A DNA stretch of 64,000 nt, from contig DGII01000036.1 of the NCBI GenBank assembly GCA_002393095.1, positions 4,808-68,807 of the forward strand, in the 5' to 3' direction. The DNA comes from Lachnospiraceae bacterium UBA3826 (GTDB lineage: Bacteria; Bacillota; Clostridia; Lachnospirales; Lachnospiraceae). The translations under genes were made by a program, and so were the position numbers. Shown here piece by piece: positions 47,225-58,096 of this stretch; position 1 is the first letter of the stretch; every line of letters begins with the position of its first letter. The notes beneath the pieces are model-generated. The model was not told the origin of the DNA. It searched no databases and saw only the letters and a list, made by a program, of their open reading frames with translations.

Positions 47225-48014
47225 TTCAATCGTTTTTATCAAGGGTGAGCCCGGATTCATGGTTCAGGCTGTACTTAAGAATATGCAGAGCTCAGGGCTG
47301 GATGTCATAGAGGTCGATGCCGATATTGCGGAGATAGAGAGACACCAGTATGACTCGAATATCATACTGTACTACATGGGGAGTACACAGCAGGTCACCA
47401 AGCGTGTCCTTGAATGCTTAAGCGGCATGTGCAAGGAATTCCGTAAGACCCTGTGCCTTATCGGTGACTCAGAGAGCCTGTACACGGCAGAGAAGACCTG
47501 TGAGCAGGGAGTCATATCCGTCACATACAACAGACCCATCGATGTACGTTCCCTTGTGGACGACCTTAAGCATATGTTAGGCACACATGAAGAATATGCC
47601 CGTAAGAAGACTATACTCTTAGTGGATGACGATACTGATTTCTTACAGATAGCCAATACATGGTTCTCCGGTACATATGTGATAGATACGGTGAACTCTG
47701 CCAAAGAAGCTCTTAAGTACCTGAACAATAAGAAGCCCGATCTTATACTCTTAGATTATGAGATGCCCAAGATGAGCGGATACGAGCTTTTGACCGAGAT
47801 AAGAAGAGCATGGAAGACTGCTGACATTCCTGTCATATTCCTTACCGGCAAGGACGATAAGGACAGTGTCATGAAGATAATAGACAAGAAGCCCGACGGC
47901 TATCTCCTTAAGTCTACACCCAAGGATCAGTTGCTCAGCAGCATAGATAAGTTCTTCGCCGATTATATCCTCGGAGGCCGGGCTGCTGCCGTAACCTCTG
48001 ATAAGAAGGCTTAA
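47217..48014 (+). CDS. Response regulator (divergent N-terminal REC-like domain plus C-terminal REC)
   Basis: C-terminal VDDD, LDYEMP, FLTG; start moved to MSNSIV. Confidence 0.78.
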   Translation: MSNSIVFIKGEPGFMVQAVLKNMQSSGLDVIEVDADIAEIERHQYDSNIILYYMGSTQQVTKRVLECLSGMCKEFRKTLCLIGDSESLYTAEKTCEQGVISVTYNRPIDVRSLVDDLKHMLGTHEEYARKKTILLVDDDTDFLQIANTWFSGTYVIDTVNSAKEALKYLNNKKPDLILLDYEMPKMSGYELLTEIRRAWKTADIPVIFLTGKDDKDSVMKIIDKKPDGYLLKSTPKDQLLSSIDKFFADYILGGRAAAVTSDKKA

Positions 48015-48017
48015 CGC

Positions 48018-50204
48018 TTACAGACTAAGCCTTCCTTCAATCCCGGAATAATCTATAGCCTTAATCGACCTATCCATATGCTCGATAATGATCTTACTTG
48101 CGGAGCCTGCTATGCAGGTTCCGTTTTTATCTCTTAAGGGATGTATAAGTGCTATATCCCTTATGGGAAAAAGCTCATCCACGGTAAAATCCCTCGCTTC
48201 ATCAAGGGTGATGACCTGAGATATATACAGATAATCCTCCGATGCATCATACTGGCGCATCAGCCCGCCCTTGCCGTATGCAATGACAGAGCATTCACTC
48301 TCAGGATTCGTTCCTCTGCTTTTTACATAGCCGATATCATCAAATCCCGCATACACGGTCATGGCAAGGCGCTTATCCCTTCCCACGCTATCCTTGCCCT
48401 TAAGTATGATAGCCTTGGGAATCAGTGAATATGCTCCGCCTTCAGTACCCTGCCCTATAGTCTCATCACCTGTGGAGGCATGTACTTTTACCGCTCTCCC
48501 CTCCACCGTGTGTATGTCCGTATGCCCGTTGTCGGGGAAGCCGTAGGCTCCAAGCGTTATATACATCGGTCTCTTGCATATACGGAATCTGTCTGCGCGC
48601 ATGATACCAAGCGGCATGGGATAGTCTGCCAGATCTACTGCCTGCAGCCAGTGGCACTCTGTCTTAAGCTCATACTCAAAAAACTGTCTCCTGTAGAGTA
48701 CTCCATCCTTACATCCGCCGTAAAAGGTCACATTGGCAAGTTCGATATGGTCATCGATGCCGCTTCTTAATACATATTGCTGGGACTCTGTTCTGTCTGT
48801 GTTATGTAAACCCGTCTCGTCCTGACACGGACTGCTCTCCCACGGATATTTGGTGTTGTAATTAAGCTTCGAATAATTCCACATTCCATGAATATCGCCT
48901 CTGTCCTTCAGAACCTTGGCGGTTCTTAATATCGTCTCCCTGTTGGCTTCATGATTCGTAAGTACAAGAGCCGGTCCGTCTAAGACCGTCTCCTTGACCT
49001 CACCCTTTGATAATCCGTCCCATGTGCCGTTATTCTCCTTTGCACTCCAGAAGGGATGATCCGCCTTAAGGTGCAGGCACATGAATGCTTTACCTAGCCA
49101 GAATGGTGACTCTGCACATGAATATCCCTGTACCAAGGGAGTGAACTGTCCATAGAAGCCAAGGCTCGGTATACCCTTTGACAAGAAATCCTCTCTTCCA
49201 AGGAACTGCATCAGTGATCCGGAAGCTATCCTCCTCGCAAGACCGGGGTTGACTGTGGGAGCATTAAGGAAGAGATTGCCGTCGAAGGGTGAAGTGGCTG
49301 CATTCCTGTATATACAGCTTCTTCCCCACATATTGGTATAGCCGTCATAATCGAACATATCCGGATAGGTCTCCATGAGCTTATTCGAGTTCTCCTCGAA
49401 CCTTGCCGATATCTCAGGCATCTTCTCATAGCCGTACCACAGATTCCAAAGAGGCGCATAGAAATTGAAGGCCCAGCATGAATAATAGTCAAAGGAATGT
49501 CCGTCCCTGTACCAGCCGTCACCCACATAGTAGTCAAGTACAGCCTTCGCATGATCCGCCATAACATTCCTGTCTGTCTCATAGCCGTACATATCAAGGA
49601 ACGCCATGTCAAGCATATTAAAAAGGCGCCAGTTCTGAGGTACCGTATTGGCATGGGCAAAGCCCGACAGGAAGGAAGCTATTGCATCTCTCTCACTATC
49701 CGTATAGCTCTCCCATATGACATCCTTACACATATACAGTCCTATCACGAGAGCGCAGGTCTCAACCGTCTGCTGATAAGGTCTGAAGGGATCATCAGAG
49801 GCCGTAAGCTTCTGCATATCCTCATATGAGCCCACATATTCATCACTGCTTTTATCCGTGCAGCTTCTCAGTATATGCAGCTTATAGTAATCCCTTATAA
49901 GGATACCGTTGATCTTAAGCTCCGGAGCATCTGCCATAAGCACCGATGCTATGAATAAGGACCTTGTCAGTCCCTCGAATATCTCTGCCTTAAGCTCCGC
50001 CTTACGTACATTCTCCGGCGCCTTAAGGTGGGGATATGTGACCTCTGTCTCTGTCCTTGGCATGATGATGGGTGCATCCATATCGGGAATATTATTGAAT
50101 ATCCCCTCCAAAAGATATTCCCCCGCCTCTATCCAGCTCTCTCTTGTAAGCCCTGTATACGGACTTAATTCATAGTCTAAGTTCTTCGGTGTGAATACAG
50201 CCAT
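48018..50204 (-). CDS. DUF2264-domain protein (GH154-like, possible beta-glucuronidase)
   Basis: EGLTRSLF, QNWRLF, YVGDGWYRDG..FDYY, WGRSCIYRNAA, VQGYSCAESPFW. Confidence 0.7.
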   Translation of the reverse strand: MAVFTPKNLDYELSPYTGLTRESWIEAGEYLLEGIFNNIPDMDAPIIMPRTETEVTYPHLKAPENVRKAELKAEIFEGLTRSLFIASVLMADAPELKINGILIRDYYKLHILRSCTDKSSDEYVGSYEDMQKLTASDDPFRPYQQTVETCALVIGLYMCKDVIWESYTDSERDAIASFLSGFAHANTVPQNWRLFNMLDMAFLDMYGYETDRNVMADHAKAVLDYYVGDGWYRDGHSFDYYSCWAFNFYAPLWNLWYGYEKMPEISARFEENSNKLMETYPDMFDYDGYTNMWGRSCIYRNAATSPFDGNLFLNAPTVNPGLARRIASGSLMQFLGREDFLSKGIPSLGFYGQFTPLVQGYSCAESPFWLGKAFMCLHLKADHPFWSAKENNGTWDGLSKGEVKETVLDGPALVLTNHEANRETILRTAKVLKDRGDIHGMWNYSKLNYNTKYPWESSPCQDETGLHNTDRTESQQYVLRSGIDDHIELANVTFYGGCKDGVLYRRQFFEYELKTECHWLQAVDLADYPMPLGIMRADRFRICKRPMYITLGAYGFPDNGHTDIHTVEGRAVKVHASTGDETIGQGTEGGAYSLIPKAIILKGKDSVGRDKRLAMTVYAGFDDIGYVKSRGTNPESECSVIAYGKGGLMRQYDASEDYLYISQVITLDEARDFTVDELFPIRDIALIHPLRDKNGTCIAGSASKIIIEHMDRSIKAIDYSGIEGRLSL

Positions 50205-50288
50205 TATATATCCTTCTCCGTTACCTTTACTTATAATTACTTACAGTTAATTACTTACAGTGCTCCTTCCGCTGCCGCCTCTATATGA

Positions 50289-51503
50289 TCACCAGTATAT
50301 CTTCCAATCGGGATTAAGAAGTCTGTTAAGTGCCTCCATGTAATAGTAGTCACCCCATATGACACATTCGTCAACTCCCTCCGGAGTACATGTGTTGTAA
50401 GGGCTCTTCTTGGAATATGTACCGTGCAGGATGCGGCCGTTAGAGGAAGCGATATCCTTCACACTGTATATATCATATACTGACTTGATAAGCTTACGGG
50501 CTATTCCGGTATAGTATTCGGAATCCGAAGGTTCCATGTATTTGCTCATCTCAAGCATACCGCAGGCAGCAATGACCGCTGAGGATGAATCCCTTGGTTC
50601 ACCGGCCTCATCTCCGTCTCCGAAGGTCAGATCCCAGAATGGGCACAGATCTGCCGGAAGGTGCTTAAGGAAGTATCCGCACACCCTCTTATAGTATTCT
50701 ATATACTCTTCTCTTCCGGTGTACTTATACGCAACAGCAGTACCGTATATTCCCCATGCCTGTCCTCTGGCCCAGGCACTTCCGTCCTTATAGCCCTGAC
50801 AGGTGGCTCCGTGGTGGAAGCCTCCCGTCACATTGTCCATGAACACCGTATGCCATGTGGAATCATCCTCCCTTATGACATTGTTCATAGCTGTATGGAT
50901 ATGCTTCTCGGCTATATTCTTATACTTATCATCACCGGTCTCTTCGCTTGCCCAGTACAGGAGCGGCAGATTGAGCAGACAGTCTATTATGAACCTGTAA
51001 TTATCCGCTGCACCCATCTCACCCCATGCCTGAATGAATTCTCCCACAGGCTGGAATCGTGTAATAAGCTTGTCTGCTGCCAGGAGCGCAGCTTTTTTGC
51101 CCTCCTCTGAGCCTGTCAGCTTATATGCCGCCACGCATGACGGACTGTACAAAAAGCCCATGTCATGATGCTCCACATCATATAAGCTCTCTATCCTTCC
51201 AAGGAAGGAGTGAACCTGTTCATTCGCCGCTGCGAGCAGACGCTTCCTGCTAACCTCATCTGTAGCATTCTCATAAGCGAGCCAGAGCTCACCGGTATAG
51301 AAGCCCGTAGTCCAGCCCTTATTCTCTCCGGGCTTATAGAAGCCGCCAAAAGATGCCGGTCCGGGGAAGCTGTCAGTGAAATCATCAAGGTATTTAAGCA
51401 CTCCCGAAATGCACACAGAGAGAGCCTCTTTAGCCTCTCTCTGCGTGATCTCAGGATAACCCTCAAGCTTATCAACAGTTATCCATTTATCCATTATATC
51501 CAT
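50289..51503 (-). CDS. GH88 unsaturated glucuronyl hydrolase
   Basis: WTTGF, HHDMGFLY, IIDCLLNLPLL, WARGQAWG, DSSSAVI, WGDYYYMEAL. Confidence 0.9.
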   Translation of the reverse strand: MDIMDKWITVDKLEGYPEITQREAKEALSVCISGVLKYLDDFTDSFPGPASFGGFYKPGENKGWTTGFYTGELWLAYENATDEVSRKRLLAAANEQVHSFLGRIESLYDVEHHDMGFLYSPSCVAAYKLTGSEEGKKAALLAADKLITRFQPVGEFIQAWGEMGAADNYRFIIDCLLNLPLLYWASEETGDDKYKNIAEKHIHTAMNNVIREDDSTWHTVFMDNVTGGFHHGATCQGYKDGSAWARGQAWGIYGTAVAYKYTGREEYIEYYKRVCGYFLKHLPADLCPFWDLTFGDGDEAGEPRDSSSAVIAACGMLEMSKYMEPSDSEYYTGIARKLIKSVYDIYSVKDIASSNGRILHGTYSKKSPYNTCTPEGVDECVIWGDYYYMEALNRLLNPDWKIYW

Positions 51504-51542
51504 CCTCCGAATATCCGTATTATCAGGTTTGATCCGCTTAGC

Positions 51543-52379
51543 TTAACCCTTCACGGCACCCGTGGTAATACCTGCCACGAAGTACTTCTGTAATGCCATG
51601 AAGACTATGAGCACCGGTATGAGCGACAGAACCGATGCGGCCATTATGAGTCCGTACTCAGCCGAATACTGTGATATGAACATCTTAATTCCTATCTGCA
51701 GGGTCTTCTTGGAATCCGTGGTCAAGTAGATGAGGGGTCCCAAGAAGTCGTTCCATGTATTGACGAATGTGAATATCACAAGTGTAGACAGCGCCGGCTT
51801 CGAAAGCGGGAGCATGATCTTGGCATATATCTTGTACTCGCTCATTCCGTCTATTCTTGCCGCCTCACACAATGAATCCGGTATACCCTCATAGAACTGT
51901 CTCATAAGGAACACTCCGAATGCGGAGAATGCCTGCAATATGATGATAGCCAGATGGGTGTCCGCAAGTCCCAGCTTCCTCATGAAGATGAACTGGGGCA
52001 CCATGTATACCTGCCAGGGCACTGCAATAGTAGCGATGTATGCCAGGAAAAGGAGATTCCTTCCCTTAAACTGCAGCTTAGCGAATGCATATGCCGCAAA
52101 GCTTGATGTAAGTATCTGCAAAAGTGTCACTATAAGCGTCAGCTTCACCGTGTTAAGAGCGTATTTGGCAAGAGGGATCTTAGTCCAGATATCTATATAA
52201 TTCTGCCATCTGGGTTCAAATCCAAGCCATGCATAGGGTATCACGAAGATATCCTTATTAAGCTTAAGTGATGCCGTGATCATCCATACGAAAGGGATGA
52301 GCATTATAAGCGCCAGTATCACAAGGAATATATATATTATTACTTTACCTATTCTTCTGTTGGTTGTCTTGCTGCTCAT
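51543..52379 (-). CDS. Carbohydrate ABC transporter permease
   Basis: EAARIDG loop, WNDFLGPL, C-terminal GAVKG. Confidence 0.92.
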   Translation of the reverse strand: MSSKTTNRRIGKVIIYIFLVILALIMLIPFVWMITASLKLNKDIFVIPYAWLGFEPRWQNYIDIWTKIPLAKYALNTVKLTLIVTLLQILTSSFAAYAFAKLQFKGRNLLFLAYIATIAVPWQVYMVPQFIFMRKLGLADTHLAIIILQAFSAFGVFLMRQFYEGIPDSLCEAARIDGMSEYKIYAKIMLPLSKPALSTLVIFTFVNTWNDFLGPLIYLTTDSKKTLQIGIKMFISQYSAEYGLIMAASVLSLIPVLIVFMALQKYFVAGITTGAVKG

Positions 52380-52390
52380 ACATATCCTCC

Positions 52391-53326
52391 CTAATCGTTA
52401 GCGTAATTCTTCTCGCCCCTAAACTGTATCAGGGTGATGACAAGTACTATAGCAAAAAGCACCAGAGCCGCTGCCGAAGCACTTCCAAGCTTCCAGTTAC
52501 GGAAGGCTTCCTCATAGATGTAGTATACGAGCACGATGGCACTCTTGTTGACTACACCGTTAGAGCCGCCGGCTAACATGTATACGATATCGTATATCTT
52601 GAAGCAGCTTATGGTCAGCATGACTGTGACAAAGAATGTCGTAGGCTTAAGCTGAGGCAATGTCACATACCAGAACTTCTGCCATGAATTGGCTCCGTCC
52701 AGAGACGCTGCTTCATACAGATCTTCGCTTATGCCCTGCAATCCCGCAAGATAGATGACCATGTAGTATCCCATGTTTTTCCATATGGAGAAGAGGATAA
52801 TGGTCAGCATGACTGTGTTGGGAGCCGCCGCCCACTTAAGAGGCTCGGTGTGGAAGACGTTCATAAGAAGCTGGTTCATCAGACCGCCCTTGCTGGGAGT
52901 AAAAAGCATGTTCCACACTGCCGCTACTGCTACAAGGGAAGCCACATATGGGAAAAAGGCGACTGTTCTGAAGAATGTCCTTCCTTTAATTTTCTGATTT
53001 AATAGTATAGCGAGTCCTAAGGCCGCCACAAGTGTAAGGGGCACGGTAAATAAGCTGTATACTATGGTATTCTTAAGTGCCGCCACGAATCTGTCATTGG
53101 CAAAAAGGGATGAGAAATTACCTATCCCGATGAATTTCATGGGATTAGAACCGTCCCACTCGGTGAAAGCCATGATGAACGCAAGAATAATGGGCCCCAG
53201 TGTGAATACGGCGAATCCTATGAAATTGGGCGCTATAAACGAATATGCCACCAGCGCTCTCTTGCGTTCTCTTGCCGACATTCCCTTTGTTCTCCGGGCC
53301 TGTGTCATTGCAGCCTCGTTGCTCAT
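52391..53326 (-). CDS. Carbohydrate ABC transporter permease
   Basis: YLAGLQGI..DLYEAASLDGA loop. Confidence 0.92.
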   Translation of the reverse strand: MSNEAAMTQARRTKGMSARERKRALVAYSFIAPNFIGFAVFTLGPIILAFIMAFTEWDGSNPMKFIGIGNFSSLFANDRFVAALKNTIVYSLFTVPLTLVAALGLAILLNQKIKGRTFFRTVAFFPYVASLVAVAAVWNMLFTPSKGGLMNQLLMNVFHTEPLKWAAAPNTVMLTIILFSIWKNMGYYMVIYLAGLQGISEDLYEAASLDGANSWQKFWYVTLPQLKPTTFFVTVMLTISCFKIYDIVYMLAGGSNGVVNKSAIVLVYYIYEEAFRNWKLGSASAAALVLFAIVLVITLIQFRGEKNYAND

Positions 53327-53365
53327 ACATAACTCCGTTCCGCATCTTTCGGATGTCTTTTCTTA

Positions 53366-53395
53366 AAAAGGGTACCTGTATCAACAGGTACCCTT
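53366..53395 (-). terminator. Intrinsic terminator or transcript-stabilising hairpin after the solute-binding protein gene
   Basis: 12-bp stem AAGGGTACCTGT/ACAGGTACCCTT running into a T-tract on the minus strand. Confidence 0.75.
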
Positions 53396-53459
53396 ATTTT
53401 CTTGTTGTTACTTATACCCGTAGTCTTACGACTTATGAGTTCTTATTGCCTGATATGTA

Positions 53460-54836
53460 TTACTGGCCGATTATAGCCTGTACACCTTCGTTCATTGCTT
53501 CTATAGCATCATCAACTGTTGATACTTCGTTCATGATATTATCGTGCTGCTCGTTAAGAACTGTCTCGATCTCTGAAGACTTCTCATTAGCAGGCATCTC
53601 AAGATAAGCTGCTGCTGCCGTAAGAGCATCCTTGGAATTGGCATCTGTAGGGAAGCCATCCATTTCAGCGATCTTAGCGTTGATTGCATCGTTGCTCATT
53701 GCAGGTGTGTTACCTGTGCTTGCCATGATCTCTGCACCCTCCGGACCTGATACGAACTTAACGAAGTCCCAAGCTGCTTCCTTGTTAGGAGCTGATGTAG
53801 GAATTGCAAGTGCTGTGATGGTTGCAAGTGTTGATCCCGGAGCTACGCCTTCAGCGTGAGGATACTTAACGATACCCCAGTTAGCTGCTGCTGCTGCCTC
53901 ACCATCCTTAACCTTGGCTATAAGTGTAGGTATGAACCATGAACCCATGTTCATCATGCCCACATTGCCCTGATAGAAAGCTGCCGAGTAGTGTAAGCCC
54001 TGTGTCTTAAGTGTAGCGTAGTCCATGCATACGCCATCCTTCTGCTGTGCGAGAACCATCTCATAGTAAGGCTTTGTGAAATCATATGTTCCGTCTACTA
54101 TAGTGTGCTTGCCATCAAGTATGCCAAGAAGCTGTATTGTAGATCTCCATGTATGATAGTGTGCACCGTATACCTCTGCGCCGGGAGTTGTGTCTGTGAT
54201 CTTTCTTGCAAGCTCATCATACTCTTCCCATGTCATGTCGTTGGTAGGATAGTCAACGCCTGCCTTATCGAATACGTCCTTATTATAGAAGAGTACCCAG
54301 ATATCACGACGGAAAGGAAGCTCGTAAAGCGCATCATTGACCTTGATCTGATCTGTGATACCGCTGTATACGGAGAGGTCTATGCCATCCTGTGCGATAA
54401 GTGAATCAAGGGGCTCAAGCACTCCCTTATTAGCCAGAGTAACAAGTCCGGGAACGTCCTTTATGGTTACTACATCGAAGTTTGCATCAGAACCTGAAAG
54501 CTGTGTTCCGAGTACTGTCTGATAATCTGTAGAACCAAGGTCTACCATCTCGATCGTTACATTGGGATGAGCTGCTGTATAGCCATCGATAAGAGGCTGG
54601 TAATATACTGTAGCGTCCTTATCCCAAAGTGCCCACTTAAGGGTTACAGGCTCATCTGCTGCAGGTGCTTCCGCTGCGGGTGCCTCTGCTGCGGGTGCTT
54701 CTGCTGCAGGTGCCTCTGCTGCGGGTGCTTCCGCTGCGGGTGCCTCTGCTGCGGGTGCTGCACTGCTTCCGCAGGCAGTAAGTGTTGCAGCGATCATTGA
54801 TACTGCGAGTAAAGTACTGATTACTTTCTTTTTCAT
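53460..54836 (-). CDS. Carbohydrate ABC transporter solute-binding lipoprotein
   Basis: LTAC lipobox, AEAPA linker, YNKDVFDKAG, AAWDFVKF. Confidence 0.92.
   Translation of the reverse strand: MKKKVISTLLAVSMIAATLTACGSSAAPAAEAPAAEAPAAEAPAAEAPAAEAPAAEAPAADEPVTLKWALWDKDATVYYQPLIDGYTAAHPNVTIEMVDLGSTDYQTVLGTQLSGSDANFDVVTIKDVPGLVTLANKGVLEPLDSLIAQDGIDLSVYSGITDQIKVNDALYELPFRRDIWVLFYNKDVFDKAGVDYPTNDMTWEEYDELARKITDTTPGAEVYGAHYHTWRSTIQLLGILDGKHTIVDGTYDFTKPYYEMVLAQQKDGVCMDYATLKTQGLHYSAAFYQGNVGMMNMGSWFIPTLIAKVKDGEAAAAANWGIVKYPHAEGVAPGSTLATITALAIPTSAPNKEAAWDFVKFVSGPEGAEIMASTGNTPAMSNDAINAKIAEMDGFPTDANSKDALTAAAAYLEMPANEKSSEIETVLNEQHDNIMNEVSTVDDAIEAMNEGVQAIIGQ
54656..54759. repeat. 15-bp tandem repeat (about 6.5 units) encoding the AEAPA linker
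   Basis: Unit GCRGGTGCYTCYGCT repeated within the solute-binding protein gene. Confidence 0.9.
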
Positions 54837-55005
54837 TTTTACCTCCTGTTGATCATAAAAACAGTCAAATTGTTTTTTAGGTGCTTTTATCGTATAATTT
54901 TTTATAAAAAGACAGAATGGAATTATTTTTTACAAATTTGTCATTAATCCTTTACATTTTATAATACTTTTGTCTTTATTTTATATAAAGTTGTATTTTT
55001 TTTAG

Positions 55006-56826
55006 ATGCATGCCATGAAGTATAATTTTAAAAGCATAAGATTCAAGATAATAACGATAATCCTGTCATTCTGCGCAGTCATAGCCACTGCGGTTGAGAT
55101 ATTAAGCTATATGATCACAAGGCAGCATCTGACAGAGAGCCAGCAGCAGTCTGCCTATATCAACCTCCAGCTTATCGGAGGTGAGATAAGCTCTGACCTT
55201 TCAAGCGCGCTGGGCTTCTCCAACTGGCTGTTGCTTGACTCCGATGTGGAAGCCTATCTGACCAGAATATCAGGCTTTGGTCCCGATGATATCGTGGAAC
55301 GCAGGCGCTTCACCATGGATATATGGAAGCACTTAAATGACGAGTATGCCCTGAGTGCAGCCCATGATATGATCACCAGATTCATAGCCTCCACTCCCGA
55401 CGGAAGCGACTTCATCCATGTAGCCAGCGTGCCCGGCTCTACTACCATGGCTATCCCTGCCTGCATCATGAATATGGACTGCTATGACGAGCTTGTAAGC
55501 TCATACGGCTATACCTTCACGGGTCTCTATACAAGTCCCATCGCGCCGTCATACAGCGTACCGGTGATACCCGTGATACGACCCGTCAAGAGCAGTCGTT
55601 CTCCTGTCACCATAGGCTTTATATATGTAGAGATATCATCGGATATCATCACCAAGCACCTTGATAATATCGATCTGCCAAAGGACAGCGAGCTCTATAT
55701 AACCTTTGGGGATCATATAACCTACAGATACGAGGACGGCGGCTTCACAGAGGCTTCTCTTCCTCACGGACTCACCACATACAGGCTTCCGGATAAGAAC
55801 ATATCCCTGTCCCTTCTTCCCTCTGCCAGCGAATTAAGGGCAAGAAGCAAGGATCAGATCATAATACTCATCATCATACTTCTCTTCATACTTCTTGCGG
55901 GAGCCGTTACATATGCGATCCTGCAGCATATGATAAGTGTACCGGTGGATGCGCTTATCTCCAAGCTTTCCAAGGTGGGTAACGGCAATTTCACAAGAGA
56001 TGAGAAGATAGAATGGGAGAATGAGCTCGGAGAGATAGGCAAGGGTATCAACGACCTCTCAGACAATGTAAGTGCCCTTATTAAGAATAAAGTTGAGGAT
56101 GAGCGCACAAGGCAGGCGCTGGAATACCGCATACTGCAATCTCAGGTCAATCCGCACTTCATGTACAATACACTTAATACCATCAAGTGGATGGCTACCA
56201 TACAGGGTGCGGACGGGATCGCCGATATGTCTACCGCTTTATCAAGGCTGCTTAAGAATGTGTCCAAGGGTACGGATAACCTGATCCCTCTTAGGGATGA
56301 GATCGCACTGCTTGATGACTATTACACCATAATGAAATACCGCTACGGAGGCACTATAGAGCTTGCTTACGAGATCGAGGATGAAGCACTGCTTAAGTGC
56401 ATGGTGAACCGCTTCTCCCTTCAGCCGATAGTGGAGAATGCTATCTTCCACGGTATAGAACCCAAGGGAAGCGCCGGCAGGATAGTGATCCATATATACA
56501 GTGAAGAAGACGAGACATCCGGTGCAGATAATCTTATAATAGATGTGACAGACAATGGAGTCGGGATGGATGAGGAGACGATAGAGCGTATAATGAAGGG
56601 TGATGAGAGCTCCTCCAACGACTTCTTCAAGGATGTGGGTGTGGCTAATGTGGCAAGCCGCATAGCCTTCACCTTCGGTAATGATTACGGGCTTAAAGCG
56701 TTCAGCAAGCCCGGCAGCTATACCACCATACGGTTCGTTCTTCCGAAGACAAGTGACGAAGAGCCGGACCGGACAGACCGGAGTGGTATTGCCAGGAATG
56801 GAGATAAGTGTGGACAATATGAGTGA
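55006..56826 (+). CDS. YesM/LytS-type sensor histidine kinase
   Basis: Two TM, HAMP, LQSQVNPHFMYNTLN, LQPIVENAIFHG. Confidence 0.9.
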   Translation: MHAMKYNFKSIRFKIITIILSFCAVIATAVEILSYMITRQHLTESQQQSAYINLQLIGGEISSDLSSALGFSNWLLLDSDVEAYLTRISGFGPDDIVERRRFTMDIWKHLNDEYALSAAHDMITRFIASTPDGSDFIHVASVPGSTTMAIPACIMNMDCYDELVSSYGYTFTGLYTSPIAPSYSVPVIPVIRPVKSSRSPVTIGFIYVEISSDIITKHLDNIDLPKDSELYITFGDHITYRYEDGGFTEASLPHGLTTYRLPDKNISLSLLPSASELRARSKDQIIILIIILLFILLAGAVTYAILQHMISVPVDALISKLSKVGNGNFTRDEKIEWENELGEIGKGINDLSDNVSALIKNKVEDERTRQALEYRILQSQVNPHFMYNTLNTIKWMATIQGADGIADMSTALSRLLKNVSKGTDNLIPLRDEIALLDDYYTIMKYRYGGTIELAYEIEDEALLKCMVNRFSLQPIVENAIFHGIEPKGSAGRIVIHIYSEEDETSGADNLIIDVTDNGVGMDEETIERIMKGDESSSNDFFKDVGVANVASRIAFTFGNDYGLKAFSKPGSYTTIRFVLPKTSDEEPDRTDRSGIARNGDKCGQYE

Positions 56827-58096
56827 ACAGTACAGAGTTCTAATAGCGGATGATGAACCCCTCGTCCAGATCGGACTTAAGTCCATGATGGGCAAGGGCT
56901 TCGACGAATATACCATAGTCGGGAGTGCCTCCAACGGCAAGGATGCCATGGATATGATAGAGAAGCTTCATCCCGACATAGTGATATCCGACATCAAGAT
57001 GCCCATTATGACAGGGCTTGAGCTTATAGAAAAGTCCGCGGAGAGATTCGGTCCTCTGCCGGTATTCATCATGCTTACAGCCTTCGAGGACTTCGAGATG
57101 GCAAGGCGTGCCCTGTCGGGGGAAGCCGTGGATTACCTTGTTAAGATCGAGTTATCCGCAGATACTCTTAAGAAGGCTTTGGAGCGTGCCGTAAAGCGTG
57201 TGAACGAGCACACTGCCTCAGGAGTTAAGTCCGGAAGCGGCGAGCTTCGTTCCATAGACGAATTCAGACAGAAGTTCGCCATCAAGATACTTAATAATAT
57301 CATAACCGACAGAGACACCTTCTTCACACAGGCTTGCGAGAATAAGATGGATCTCAGCTACAACCGATATATCGCTGTCTACGGCAAGCTGTGTGAGAGC
57401 GATGATATGAGCGAGGAGAAGCTTCTGACGCTCTATTCATCAACGCTTGGAATGACTGCGGATATATTGTCCAAGTATTCGCCCTGCTACGCCATAGCCA
57501 ATGATATGAAGCATTTTACATTTATCTTCTATTTTAACGAAGAGGAAGCCGTAGCCGATATCATGGAGCAGATACACGACGGTGTCGAGAATGCCATAGA
57601 GATGATAGAGAATTACTTCAATGTTGAGCTTCGCTTCGGCATAGGTACGGCCGTCTCCGACCCTATGGATATCCATACATCCTTCGAGGAATCCAAGACT
57701 GCCGAGGAGCACACCGATAAGGGTACTCCGATACGTCTATTCTCACATATAGTAGGTGCCAACCGCCGCTCCGGTAAGGATAAGCTTATAGCATCCATAC
57801 AGCAGTATATCGATGAGAACTTAGACGGCAGACTGCAATTATCCGAGGTGGCAGAGACCTTCGGTCTCTCCGGTGCATATCTTTCTTCCATATTCAAGAA
57901 GAATACAGAGGTGGGATTCTCCGAATATGTATATACCAAGAAGATTGAGAAAGCCAAGGAGATGCTCCTTAACGACGATATGAAGATATACGAGGTGGCA
58001 GATGCGCTAAGCTTTGAATCAGCCTATTACTTCTCCAAGGTGTTCAAGAAGGTCGAAGGGGTGAGTCCCAGAGAATGGCTCAACTCTAAGCTGTAG
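56819..58096 (+). CDS. YesN-type response regulator (REC + AraC HTH)
   Basis: ADDE, SDIKMP; AraC tail YLSSIFKK..YFSKVFKK; start moved to MSEQY. Confidence 0.9.
   Translation: MSEQYRVLIADDEPLVQIGLKSMMGKGFDEYTIVGSASNGKDAMDMIEKLHPDIVISDIKMPIMTGLELIEKSAERFGPLPVFIMLTAFEDFEMARRALSGEAVDYLVKIELSADTLKKALERAVKRVNEHTASGVKSGSGELRSIDEFRQKFAIKILNNIITDRDTFFTQACENKMDLSYNRYIAVYGKLCESDDMSEEKLLTLYSSTLGMTADILSKYSPCYAIANDMKHFTFIFYFNEEEAVADIMEQIHDGVENAIEMIENYFNVELRFGIGTAVSDPMDIHTSFEESKTAEEHTDKGTPIRLFSHIVGANRRSGKDKLIASIQQYIDENLDGRLQLSEVAETFGLSGAYLSSIFKKNTEVGFSEYVYTKKIEKAKEMLLNDDMKIYEVADALSFESAYYFSKVFKKVEGVSPREWLNSKL

Noticed and set aside
54656-54759. Cys-rich ORF 54567-54800 on the + strand or a contingency repeat
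   Set aside because: It is the antisense reading of the ordinary AEAPA lipoprotein linker, and the 15-bp unit keeps frame.
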